From positions 1 through 49,774 of the IMG/VR virus record IMGVR_UViG_3300024254_000002: 49,774 nt of DNA. The stretch is one strand, 5' to 3'. The number at the start of each line of letters is the position of its first letter. The stretch's first letter is position 1. Below the pieces are notes generated by a model that saw nothing but the letters and a program-made list of their open reading frames with translations, was not told the origin of the DNA and searched no databases. Below are positions 6,840 through 15,910 of this stretch, piece after piece. A program made the translations under genes and the position numbers. This stretch comes from a virus. Taxonomy: Duplodnaviria > Caudoviricetes.

Positions 6840-8602
6840 CTTGGGACCTAGAATCAGAGCGGCGCCTCCTTGCCGACGCCTGCCGGAACAACCTAGAACT
6901 GTTCTGCCGGAAAGGCTTGGGCTTTACCCACCCCGACAACGAGAAGGGCCGCTGGTGGGCTGACGAGGTCCACAAACCCCTTCTGAGCTGGCTCCAGTCC
7001 CAATACACTGACTGGCTCGCCACCCGCCGAGACAGCAAAGAGCGTCGCTACATCGCCGTGCTGGTCCCCCGCGCCTGCGCGAAGTCCCTCCTCATCACCA
7101 AAGCCTCGATGCTCTGGCTGCACCTCCGAGACCCCAACCTCTCGACCTACATCGGTAACGAGAAGCTGGAGCTGGCCGAGGACTTCCTCCGTGTCATCCG
7201 CAAATGGCTGGAAGGCACCACCGACGACCAGTGCCTCTTCAACTGGCTCTACGGCAACTGGAAGGGCCCAGACAAACGCTGGCGCTCTGATGTCCTTACC
7301 CACACTGCCCGCACCCGCGACCGCGAGACCGAGCCCAGCTTCGGCATCTGGTCCCCCAACAGCGCCCTAACTGGCCGCCACCCAGACATCCTCTGCATGG
7401 ACGACCTTGTCAGTTACGACGCCCTCCAGAAGAACCTAAACTGGTTCGAGCAGGCCTACGGCCACATGACCGACCTTATCCCCGTGGTCGAGTCCAACGG
7501 CCTAGTGATTCTCGTGGGCACCCGCTACTCCGATGCGGACCCCTTCGGTCGCTGCTTCAAGAACGACGGCATCGCCTCCCTGACTGGACACACCCAGTTC
7601 CCAGAATACCAACCCTGCTCCGCCAAGGATGGCCGCAAGGGCCAGTGGCACGTCTTCTTCCTCTCTGGCGAGACCAAGGCCGGCGAGCCAGCTATTCCCT
7701 CTGTCTGGTCAGCCAAGGAAATCGCCAACTACAAGGCCCGGGACCCGGTTAAGGCCGCCTCTCAGGTCCTGAACCGCCCTCTCGCGCACAAACTCCGACC
7801 CCTCACCGAGGAGCAATTCGATGCCTGCCGGACTGATGGACGGCCTGTTCGGGCTACTGTGGTCTTCCATCTCGATACAGCCTTCAAAACCGCAAGAAAA
7901 CAGGCCCTCGGCTCTGAAACAGCCTTCGTCGTCTGCGCCCATCACGACGATGACCCCGGAGTCGTCACCGTCTTGGACTGCTACACCGCCATCGACTTCA
8001 ATGCCGAGACCTACGCCAGCTTCGTCGTCGAAAAATACAAAGAATGGTCCGCCCTCTACCGAATCATGGGCATCACCGACGAGGCCGAAATGGCCGGAAA
8101 GGCCGGCCTTTGGCACCAGTATCTGTCTGACCGCCTTCTCGATGCTGGAATCCCCGATGCCGTTGCCTTCCATGCCTTTAACCGACAGCAGGGAGAGCGA
8201 AAAGAGGTTAGAATCTCCAACGCTCTCGCCTTTGTGGCCAGAAAACAGGTCCGATTCCTCAACTCCGCCACCCATATTGACGCCCTACGATATCAACTCT
8301 GTAACCAGCCACAGGCCTTCCCCAACGACCTAGCCGATGCCTTCGCCGACACCTTTAACCCAGAGTTCTTCTCTGGCATCCTCCCGAAACTCCGTCTCCA
8401 GAAGGAGACCTACCCGTGGGCGCCCTTCGAGAGGTCCCTCCGGAACCCCCTGTCAGAGAATGATGATATAATGGACTACATGGATTTCGGCACTCCACTC
8501 CCCCGCCGGGGGTTGCACCTCCGTGGCGCCTCCCCACGGAGCATTCCCTTCTCGGAGCAGGGTGATGCACCCCCGGCTTTATATATCCCAAGGCCACGAT
8601 GA
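6836..8602 (+). CDS. terL: Terminase large subunit
   Basis: Walker A-like VPRACAKS, LTGRHPDILCMDD (Walker B), VGTRYSDAD coupling motif, nuclease HLDTA...NDLADA. Confidence 0.9.
   Translation: MTWDLESERRLLADACRNNLELFCRKGLGFTHPDNEKGRWWADEVHKPLLSWLQSQYTDWLATRRDSKERRYIAVLVPRACAKSLLITKASMLWLHLRDPNLSTYIGNEKLELAEDFLRVIRKWLEGTTDDQCLFNWLYGNWKGPDKRWRSDVLTHTARTRDRETEPSFGIWSPNSALTGRHPDILCMDDLVSYDALQKNLNWFEQAYGHMTDLIPVVESNGLVILVGTRYSDADPFGRCFKNDGIASLTGHTQFPEYQPCSAKDGRKGQWHVFFLSGETKAGEPAIPSVWSAKEIANYKARDPVKAASQVLNRPLAHKLRPLTEEQFDACRTDGRPVRATVVFHLDTAFKTARKQALGSETAFVVCAHHDDDPGVVTVLDCYTAIDFNAETYASFVVEKYKEWSALYRIMGITDEAEMAGKAGLWHQYLSDRLLDAGIPDAVAFHAFNRQQGERKEVRISNALAFVARKQVRFLNSATHIDALRYQLCNQPQAFPNDLADAFADTFNPEFFSGILPKLRLQKETYPWAPFERSLRNPLSENDDIMDYMDFGTPLPRRGLHLRGASPRSIPFSEQGDAPPALYIPRPR
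8464..8472 (+). promoter_or_regulatory. Extended -10 promoter candidate (TGaTATAAT)
   Basis: Perfect TGnTATAAT near the terL 3' end, upstream of the exonuclease and portal genes. Confidence 0.4.
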
Positions 8603-9156
8603 GCAGAATCATCTGCTGGGACCTAGAAATCGAGACCCCCGTTCATGACCAACCCACAGGTTGGGAAGCCGCCCGAAACGGCGATTGTGGAATATCCGCC
8701 CTCGTCGCCTCTGACAGCGAAACCGGACGTTATCACATCTATGACAAGCACGACCTCGACGAAGCCGTCGACCACCTTAACAGCGCCGACCTACTGGTGG
8801 GCTTTAACACCATTGATTTCGACTCCTCTGTAGTATTCGGCGTTACCGGACGTTATATCACCGTCCCACAGTACGACATTCTGAAGGAAATCTACGCCGG
8901 CCTCGGAAAGCGCGTGAAGGGCTTCAAGCTGGATGAGGTTGCCCAGAACACCCTAGCCCTCGGCAAATGCGGCAATGGCGAGTTCGCCACCAGCCTCGTC
9001 AAGAAAGAACGCTGGGGAAAACTCTTCACCTACTGCCTGAACGACGTCTACCTAGTGAAGGAAGTGTTCAATCACATTCTGGACTTTGGCTGGGTGCGCG
9101 GCGCCGGCGGAGAAGAGGTCCACATTGAGAAGCCGCTCATCGAGGAATACGCCTAA
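8599..9156 (+). CDS. RNase H-like / DEDD 3'-5' exonuclease (YprB-like)
   Basis: ICWDLEIET, LLVGFNTIDFD, YCLNDV (Exo I/II/III-like motifs). Confidence 0.8.
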   Translation: MSRIICWDLEIETPVHDQPTGWEAARNGDCGISALVASDSETGRYHIYDKHDLDEAVDHLNSADLLVGFNTIDFDSSVVFGVTGRYITVPQYDILKEIYAGLGKRVKGFKLDEVAQNTLALGKCGNGEFATSLVKKERWGKLFTYCLNDVYLVKEVFNHILDFGWVRGAGGEEVHIEKPLIEEYA

Positions 9157-11072
9157 TGGCCTATAACTATCTTCCCGAACGTGGGCCCAAGACAGATGAG
9201 GACCTCCTCTCCCTAGTCATGGACCGGAAGAAGTCCGCCACCTACTGGCTCCAAGACAAATACAATGAGAGTCAGCGCTGGAACGACGCCTTCCGCGGCA
9301 TCTACACTGGCAACATCGCCAACTATCTCAACGAAATCGTCCTCCCCCTGACCTTCGCGACGGTCATGTCGCATGTCGCCCGCCTCACCAACTCCATCTT
9401 CGGCTCTTGGCCCATCGTCTCCCTCCACGGCTTCGCGCCCGGCTCGGAGGGCATCGCCAAGAAGAACGAACTCCTCATCAACATGCAGCTCAAGGAGGCC
9501 GACAGCTTCCGGAAGGCCGTTCAGTTCTTCACCAAGGCTGACATCGACGGCACGGCCATCGCAGAAGTTGGCTGGTCCTTCATCCAGCGCATGCAGCAGT
9601 TCCGCACTTACATCCCCGGCACCCTTGAGCAAATTGAAGTCAGGGACCTCGTCACGTCGTTCGATGGACCGAACTGGCGCCCCCGAGAACTGCAGGACTT
9701 CTACATCCAGAATGGCAAGACCCACATTAAGGACGCAGATTGGTACATCATCCGGGATTGGGTCGACTTCGACAGCCTCCTAGAACTGAACTCCAGTGAT
9801 GGCCTGCAGTCCTTCCGTCCAGAGGCCATCAAGAAGCTTGCTGAGATGGGCGGCCCCACGCAAGTCCGCATGCCGATGGACTTCAACATCATTAACCCCT
9901 ACGGCAACTTCGGCGACTTCCTTCGGGCTCACACCAACCTCTACGAGAAGCCCGTCGAACTCCTGACCATGTATGGTCTGGTCCCCATCGAGTTCGCCCC
10001 CGACGGCGTCCGCAACCGCGTCATCACCATCGCCAACGGCACAGTCGTCCTGCGCAACGACCCAGACAAACTCCTCCTTAACCGCCACCGCATCCTCCAC
10101 TATAGTCCGACGCCGGACCCCTGCCACTTCGTCGGCATCAGCAAGGCCAAAATCGTCGAGCCCCTCCAGTCGGCCGCGAGCCGCCTGACCAGCCAGAAGC
10201 TCGACGCCCTCGACCTCATGAACCGCACTCCCTTCCTTGCGCAGCAGGGAGCCATCAGCACCCAGAACATGTTCGTGAAGCCGGGCAAGGTCTTCCAAGT
10301 CAACACCCGCGGCAAGAGCATCGCAGAGGCCATCATGCCTCTGCCCATCAATCTCCAGCCTATTGCGCTGGCCTTCCAAGAAATTGCCTTCTTGGACAAC
10401 ATGGCGCAGAAGGGCACCGGCATGGACGAGCGCTCCGTCATGGGTATGACGGGCGGCTCCGGCACCGAAGTGACAGCCCGAGAGGCCCTCATCACCGCCG
10501 AGGCAGCAACGACCCGGTTGGCGCTCGAAGCCATGCTGGCCAGCTGCGAAATGGTCGAGCCCTTAGCCGAACTAATCCGTGACATGAACAAGACGATGCT
10601 GCCTCTGCCCAAGCAGTTCAACATGATTGGCACGAGGTCCGTCCTGAACTACATCACGGGCATGCCCCTTCCCCCGGAAGAGGGCATCATCAACAACCCG
10701 GCCGAACTGAACCACGGCTGGCAGGCGAAGGCCTTTGGTCCGAGCTTCATGCTCACCAAGACCATGCAGCGCGCCGACGCCCTCCAGCTGGCCCAAGTCA
10801 TGATGTCCAACCCAGTCTGGATTCAGTCCATCAACTGGATTGCGATGGCCCGGAAAATCCTCAGTCTCTACGACTGGGACGCGGACGAGATGCTCATCCA
10901 GATGCCCCAGCTTCAGATGCTTGCCCAGCAGATGGGCGTGAATCCCCAGCAGGCCGTAGCTGCCGGGGCAGACCCGACGGCCGGACTCGGAGGCGCTTCC
11001 GGCCAGCGCATGGCCCCAGTTCAGCAAGGTGCTGAGGCAGCGCAGAACGCGCCCCTTGGAGTAGGTCCCTAA
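9156..11072 (+). CDS. Portal protein
   Basis: 638 aa between TerL and scaffold/capsid; podovirus portal-like features (GTAIAEVGW, TAREA, Gln/Met-rich C-terminus). Confidence 0.85.
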   Translation: MAYNYLPERGPKTDEDLLSLVMDRKKSATYWLQDKYNESQRWNDAFRGIYTGNIANYLNEIVLPLTFATVMSHVARLTNSIFGSWPIVSLHGFAPGSEGIAKKNELLINMQLKEADSFRKAVQFFTKADIDGTAIAEVGWSFIQRMQQFRTYIPGTLEQIEVRDLVTSFDGPNWRPRELQDFYIQNGKTHIKDADWYIIRDWVDFDSLLELNSSDGLQSFRPEAIKKLAEMGGPTQVRMPMDFNIINPYGNFGDFLRAHTNLYEKPVELLTMYGLVPIEFAPDGVRNRVITIANGTVVLRNDPDKLLLNRHRILHYSPTPDPCHFVGISKAKIVEPLQSAASRLTSQKLDALDLMNRTPFLAQQGAISTQNMFVKPGKVFQVNTRGKSIAEAIMPLPINLQPIALAFQEIAFLDNMAQKGTGMDERSVMGMTGGSGTEVTAREALITAEAATTRLALEAMLASCEMVEPLAELIRDMNKTMLPLPKQFNMIGTRSVLNYITGMPLPPEEGIINNPAELNHGWQAKAFGPSFMLTKTMQRADALQLAQVMMSNPVWIQSINWIAMARKILSLYDWDADEMLIQMPQLQMLAQQMGVNPQQAVAAGADPTAGLGGASGQRMAPVQQGAEAAQNAPLGVGP

Positions 11073-11362
11073 TGCCGAGCAAAGCCGACCACGTCTTCGC
11101 CCTCCAGAACATGTTCTCCAGCGACGGCTGGAGCAAGTACTACATCCCCGAGCTAACCACTATGCGGGATGGCCTCGTCCAACTCCTCGTCTATGACGAG
11201 GCAGACGAAGCCACCATGAAGGGCCGGACCCACTGTATCCGCCTCCTCGATGAGATTCTGGGCGTCGAGGACAGAATCGCTGCCGAGGCCGCCGAGCTAG
11301 CTGCCGACCGGCAGGAAGCAGCAAATCCTATGGTACAATCCCCTGACGCAGTTGTTTCATAA
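11072..11362 (+). CDS. Small post-portal hypothetical protein
   Basis: 96 aa, coupled to the portal stop; helical. Confidence 0.7.
   Translation: MPSKADHVFALQNMFSSDGWSKYYIPELTTMRDGLVQLLVYDEADEATMKGRTHCIRLLDEILGVEDRIAAEAAELAADRQEAANPMVQSPDAVVS
11331..11339 (+). promoter_or_regulatory. Extended -10 promoter candidate (TGgTACAAT) for scaffold/capsid
   Basis: TGnTAcAAT about 60 nt upstream of the scaffold start. Confidence 0.45.
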
Positions 11363-11400
11363 CCCTAACGCCCGGGTCTACCCCGGGAGAGAGCACTAAA

Positions 11401-12162
11401 ATGGACCCCGTGACTACCACGGAGCAGACCCAGCAGGCCACCCCGGCCAGTGCGGCCAACCCGCAGAACGCCGACGCCATTCGACAGGAAGTACTTAACG
11501 AGATTTTCGGCGGTAAGTACAAGACGGTCGAGGACGCGAAGCAGGGCCACTGGAACCTCAATAACTATGCTTCCCAAGCCTACCAGCACCTTGAGGCCCT
11601 CAAGACGACTTCTGCACCGGCGCCGGTCGACCCGTTCGCCCAGTTGGAGTCTGAGTCGCTCGTCAAGGCAGACCCCCTTCGCGCGGCCATTCGGGCCGAG
11701 GCGAAGAAACTCGTCGATGAGGAGTTCGGTCCAGTCCGCAGGATGGCCGAGGCTCGTCAGGCGCTCGCTGTGAAGGCTCCGGAGTATCTCGCCAACGAGG
11801 CAGCCATCATCGGCTGGCTCCAGAAAAACCCCTCAGTTGCCACAGACATCGCAACCCTAGAGAAAGCTGGCCTGTACGAGATTGCCGCGAAGAACGCCCT
11901 CACTGAATGGCAGCGGGCCAACCCCCCTGCCAGCACGGGTAGTGCCGCGCAGAAGCAGCAGGCAGCCCTCTTGGGCGGGCAGCCCCAGCCGGGACAGCGT
12001 ACCCCCGAGGGTCAGCAGACCCCCGAGGACCGCGCCGAGTTCATGAAGCAGGCCATCGCCTATGGCCATGCCACAGGCGATAAGCGCCCCGCTTACTCGA
12101 ACCTGTTCCCCGGCTTCAAGGTTGATATCCCACCGCATCTGGCAGCGCAGCTGAATAGATAA
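11401..12162 (+). CDS. Capsid scaffolding protein
   Basis: Directly upstream of MCP; GKYKTVED motif; Ala/Gln-rich and helical. Confidence 0.75.
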   Translation: MDPVTTTEQTQQATPASAANPQNADAIRQEVLNEIFGGKYKTVEDAKQGHWNLNNYASQAYQHLEALKTTSAPAPVDPFAQLESESLVKADPLRAAIRAEAKKLVDEEFGPVRRMAEARQALAVKAPEYLANEAAIIGWLQKNPSVATDIATLEKAGLYEIAAKNALTEWQRANPPASTGSAAQKQQAALLGGQPQPGQRTPEGQQTPEDRAEFMKQAIAYGHATGDKRPAYSNLFPGFKVDIPPHLAAQLNR

Positions 12163-12177
12163 AAGGACCAAGTAGCA

Positions 12178-13254
12178 ATGGCTATTCCTGCCTCAGCATT
12201 TAGCACCTACGGCGTAGGCTGGCCCTACTCCACGTCTGGTGCGGGCGTGTCTGGCATCGGTACCCGTGAAAATGCCATGAACACCCTCACCATGATTGAC
12301 CCGGATGAGGCCATGTCTCTCGCGGTGCTTGGCAAGACTACGACCAACGGTCTTCGTCACGAGTGGTTCATTGATGCGCTGGCCGTGACTAACAACACGC
12401 CGGCGATTCAGGGCGAAGACTGGGGCCAGACTGCCACAGTCACCAACGTCAAGGCAATTCCGAAGCGCACCCGTATCTGGAACTTTGTCGAGTTCCGCCG
12501 GCAGGACTGGTCCATCACCATGGACGAGCTTCTGCTTTCCCAGCGTGGCCAGATTTTCGGCGTCGCTGACGAACTCGACTACCAGATTGGCAAGGCCGCA
12601 CAGGAAGTCAACCGCAACTTCGACGCCCGCCTCTGGCAGCGCTATGACGGCACCGTGGCCTACAGCCCGGCGTCCGGCGCAGACGCCACTGTTGGCACAC
12701 TGGGCACGTTCAAGTTCTGGGCCTCCAGCTCAGGCACGAACACGTCCCTCGGCGTCTCTGGCGGTGCTTTCGCAACCGGCACCTTCTACGCACTACAGGA
12801 GTCAATGTGGACGAACGGCGCCAAGCCGGACACCCTCTTTGTCTCCCCGGGCGTGAAGGCAGACATCAGCCGCACCCTCCTCGGTGATACCAGCTACCCG
12901 GTGACTCAGTCCGGCGCGCAGGGTATCCCCGGGCTGCAGTCGGCGAACGTGTTCAATGGCGGCGAGTACGGCCCGGTGGTCGACTTCATCCGCACCGACT
13001 TCGGTCGTTGCGCGATGGTCGTGGACCGCTGGATTCCGCAGCAGTCCGTCACTGGTCACGCGACCGACCTCAGCCAGAATGCGGGCTACTTCCTCGTGGA
13101 GCGCTCGAAGCTGCGCGTCGCGTGGTGGAGGCCCATCCAGCCTTATCAGGTTGCCTCAACGGGCGACAACGTCAAGGTCTACCTCCTTGGCGCGGCCACC
13201 GTCGAGGTGTTGCACCCCACCTGTATCGGGCAGGGTTACAACATTCTCACGTAA
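12178..13254 (+). CDS. Major capsid protein (DUF5309/SU10-like)
   Basis: HEWFIDAL, DELDYQIGKAAQEVNRNFD, VDFIRTDFG..VVDRWIP motifs; 358 aa. Confidence 0.88.
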   Translation: MAIPASAFSTYGVGWPYSTSGAGVSGIGTRENAMNTLTMIDPDEAMSLAVLGKTTTNGLRHEWFIDALAVTNNTPAIQGEDWGQTATVTNVKAIPKRTRIWNFVEFRRQDWSITMDELLLSQRGQIFGVADELDYQIGKAAQEVNRNFDARLWQRYDGTVAYSPASGADATVGTLGTFKFWASSSGTNTSLGVSGGAFATGTFYALQESMWTNGAKPDTLFVSPGVKADISRTLLGDTSYPVTQSGAQGIPGLQSANVFNGGEYGPVVDFIRTDFGRCAMVVDRWIPQQSVTGHATDLSQNAGYFLVERSKLRVAWWRPIQPYQVASTGDNVKVYLLGAATVEVLHPTCIGQGYNILT

Positions 13255-13260
13255 GAAAGG

Positions 13261-13288
13261 GATTGGGGGAGCTTCGGCTCCCCCAATC
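13261..13288 (+). promoter_or_regulatory. 12-bp UUCG hairpin after the capsid gene
   Basis: GATTGGGGGAGC-TTCG-GCTCCCCCAATC; no U-tract. Confidence 0.6.
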
Positions 13289-13294
13289 ATCTCC

Positions 13295-13741
13295 ATGAAA
13301 ATTGAAATGGTCTCTCCGACAGAAGCCGCTGAAGCTGAAGCCAAGATTAACCAAATGGACCTCAGTGAGTTCACGCCGCAGGAACGGCAGTTCATGCTCA
13401 GCCAAGCCACGCAGAACTTCACTGAGTGGGACAAGCGCCTCTGGGACCGCAATGGCTACTCTATCGCCTACAACCACTTCATGTCCGAGAATGCCCGGCA
13501 GTGGGGCCATAAGCCCGGCATCAACTCCGGCAACGGCCAGTTCGAGGCCAGAATCCCCGCCGAACTCTTCACCGCCCTCTCCAGCATGACCGGCCCCTAT
13601 AAGGACGACCCAAACTGGTATAAGGACGATAGGAAGTTCGAGGCCTTCCTCAAGGACCATCCCGAGTACGACGGCCGCCCCGGCAAGAACCATAGCCGCG
13701 GCGAGAAGTTCCTCCCCGATAACCCCATTAGCCTAGTCTAG
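13295..13741 (+). CDS. Hypothetical virion-module protein (148 aa)
   Basis: MKIEMVSPTE.. is the coding-like 3' part of ORF 12956-13741. Confidence 0.7.
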   Translation: MKIEMVSPTEAAEAEAKINQMDLSEFTPQERQFMLSQATQNFTEWDKRLWDRNGYSIAYNHFMSENARQWGHKPGINSGNGQFEARIPAELFTALSSMTGPYKDDPNWYKDDRKFEAFLKDHPEYDGRPGKNHSRGEKFLPDNPISLV

Positions 13742-13749
13742 GAGGCAGC

Positions 13750-15066
13750 ATGCTCAAGCTGTACGGCGTCGCTCCGATTAAGATGAACGCCTGCACGTGG
13801 TACCGAACTATCATGCCCTTCCGCACCGCTGCGCGCATGAAGCTCGCCGACGTTATCATCGACCAGCAGGAAGTCAAGATTCCCCACGAACACGAGCGCC
13901 GGATGTACGCCACTATGTACGCCGACATCGTCCAGCACTACCAGAACTACAGCCCCGGCTTCAAAATCGCGCGGGACGAGTCCGCTGGCTTCGGCGCCTA
14001 CTGGGAAACCCCTGACCAGTGGAACTTCGGCCCCAGCTTCATCTACGACACCGATGATGACATGTTCAAGGTCGAGGCCCTAAACCCGGCCTTCCGCGAC
14101 CTTGGTGTCGAGCACAACGGCCAGATTATCCCCAAGAAGCACCAACTCGTCATTGACATCCCCGGCAAGGGCAAGCAGGTTCTCTGGCAAGACGGTATGG
14201 ACAAGTTCGACGTCGAAGCCAACATGAAGAAGCTCACCTACATCCGTGAGAACCTGAAGGCCGCCGACCTCGTCACCTGCACCACCCATCGCTGTGCCGC
14301 CTACGTCATGCGCGAAACTGGCACACCCAACACCCACGTCTACCCCAACTGTATCGACTTCTCTGATTGGCCGAAGGTCGAACTAGCCCAAGACCCGAAG
14401 AAGGTCCGCATCCTCTGGCAGTCCTCGGCCTGCCACTTCGACGATATGTGGCCCCTCGCCGCCGAGCTAGGTAAGGTCCACAAGCGCTACCCCCACGTTG
14501 AGATTATCCTCTTCGGCGCTCCCTATCAGTGGCTGCAGGACCAGCTTGTCCCGCAGCGCACCACCGTCGAGCCATGGGTGGACTACGACCACTATATCTG
14601 GCGCGCCAGCACCCTGAACGCGGACATCGCCATCGCGCCCCTCCATGATAGCCTCTTTAACCAGAGCCGCTCAGCCATCCGCATGTATGAGGCTGCCGCC
14701 ACGTGGAAGCCCTCCGCCATCCTAGCTCAAGACACCGGCGCCTTCCTAGATGAAATCATCGAGAATGAAACTGGCAAGCTCTTCCACACGCCCGAGCAGT
14801 TCCACGACCAGCTCTGCTCCATGATTGAGAACATGGACCATACCCGTCAGATGGCCGCCAACGCGAAGGACTGGGTCCGGACCAACCGCGACCCCTATAA
14901 GCACGTACCCAAACTCATTGAGGCATACGCAAGGCTGCGAGACATCCGACGCAGCGTTACGGCGCCCCCGCCGCCGATAGAGGAAAAGAAGCCCGATGAG
15001 CCTGTTCCAGCCATCGACTCTGACGTTCGGGAATGCGAAGAGTCGAATTGCCAAGAAAGCAAGTAA
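13750..15066 (+). CDS. Glycosyltransferase (GT-B fold, GT4-like)
   Basis: IYDTDDDMF, ADLVTCTT, YPNCID, DIAIAPL..FNQSRS.IRMYEAA; GGAGG RBS. Confidence 0.85.
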   Translation: MLKLYGVAPIKMNACTWYRTIMPFRTAARMKLADVIIDQQEVKIPHEHERRMYATMYADIVQHYQNYSPGFKIARDESAGFGAYWETPDQWNFGPSFIYDTDDDMFKVEALNPAFRDLGVEHNGQIIPKKHQLVIDIPGKGKQVLWQDGMDKFDVEANMKKLTYIRENLKAADLVTCTTHRCAAYVMRETGTPNTHVYPNCIDFSDWPKVELAQDPKKVRILWQSSACHFDDMWPLAAELGKVHKRYPHVEIILFGAPYQWLQDQLVPQRTTVEPWVDYDHYIWRASTLNADIAIAPLHDSLFNQSRSAIRMYEAAATWKPSAILAQDTGAFLDEIIENETGKLFHTPEQFHDQLCSMIENMDHTRQMAANAKDWVRTNRDPYKHVPKLIEAYARLRDIRRSVTAPPPPIEEKKPDEPVPAIDSDVRECEESNCQESK

Positions 15067-15910
15067 GCAGAACTACAGCGAGTTCCTAGACCGCGCCGGC
15101 GCGGCTATTCAGGACTCCTTCAAGTTCTACAACAAGTATAACTGGCGGTGGCTCATGACAAGCACGACTGCGCTCGTCGCCACTGCCGGCTCCTCCGACT
15201 ATAGCCTTCCCTACGACTTCAAGGATGTCTATGGCTTCCGTATCACGACGTCTGGTCGCGAACGCACTCTCAAGGGCAGCCCGCGTTCGGTCTACGACCG
15301 CGTGGTCCAGACCCAGTCCGGTAGCACTGGAGAAACCATCGGCTATGACCTCTTCCGCTCCGGCGCCTACGGCCAAATCACCCTCCAGCCCTCCCCCGAC
15401 GTAACCGAGAACACTAAACTCCTCTACTACCGCCGGATGTGGGTGCCCTGCACCATCTCCGCCTCCATCGCCGCCGTCGGCAGCCTCGACACCAGCATTG
15501 GCACCTCCGCCCTCGGCGGCTTCGCCGGCATCACCAACGGCAGCCCAGTCGTCGCCACCAACCAAGGCTGGACGCAGGCCTCCAACATCGCCTACGCCAC
15601 CACCCTCGTCAACGGCCCAACCAGTCTGACCCTCTCTGGTGCTGTCTTCACCTCCGCGGCCAATGGCACCGCCACCTTCAACTTCGGTGGCGACAACTGG
15701 TTCTTAGATGTCCCTGAGGACTACGAGAATGCCATTCTCAGCCGGGCCACCCACCAGTTCCTGTCCGACCTCGGCGCTCCAGAGGGTCGCCTCAGCTACT
15801 GGATTCAGATGGCCAACAGTGAGTTCGACGAAGCTCAAGCCGCCAACCAGCGCTACGAGGACCAAGACATCTCCTTCGAGCTTGGAGACCTCGCCCAGAG
15901 GCGTGCATGA
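14996..15910 (+). CDS. Head-tail adaptor protein
   Basis: YSLPYDF, ITLQPSPD, DVPEDYENAI pattern of podovirus adaptors; position. Confidence 0.7.
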   Translation: MSLFQPSTLTFGNAKSRIAKKASKQNYSEFLDRAGAAIQDSFKFYNKYNWRWLMTSTTALVATAGSSDYSLPYDFKDVYGFRITTSGRERTLKGSPRSVYDRVVQTQSGSTGETIGYDLFRSGAYGQITLQPSPDVTENTKLLYYRRMWVPCTISASIAAVGSLDTSIGTSALGGFAGITNGSPVVATNQGWTQASNIAYATTLVNGPTSLTLSGAVFTSAANGTATFNFGGDNWFLDVPEDYENAILSRATHQFLSDLGAPEGRLSYWIQMANSEFDEAQAANQRYEDQDISFELGDLAQRRA

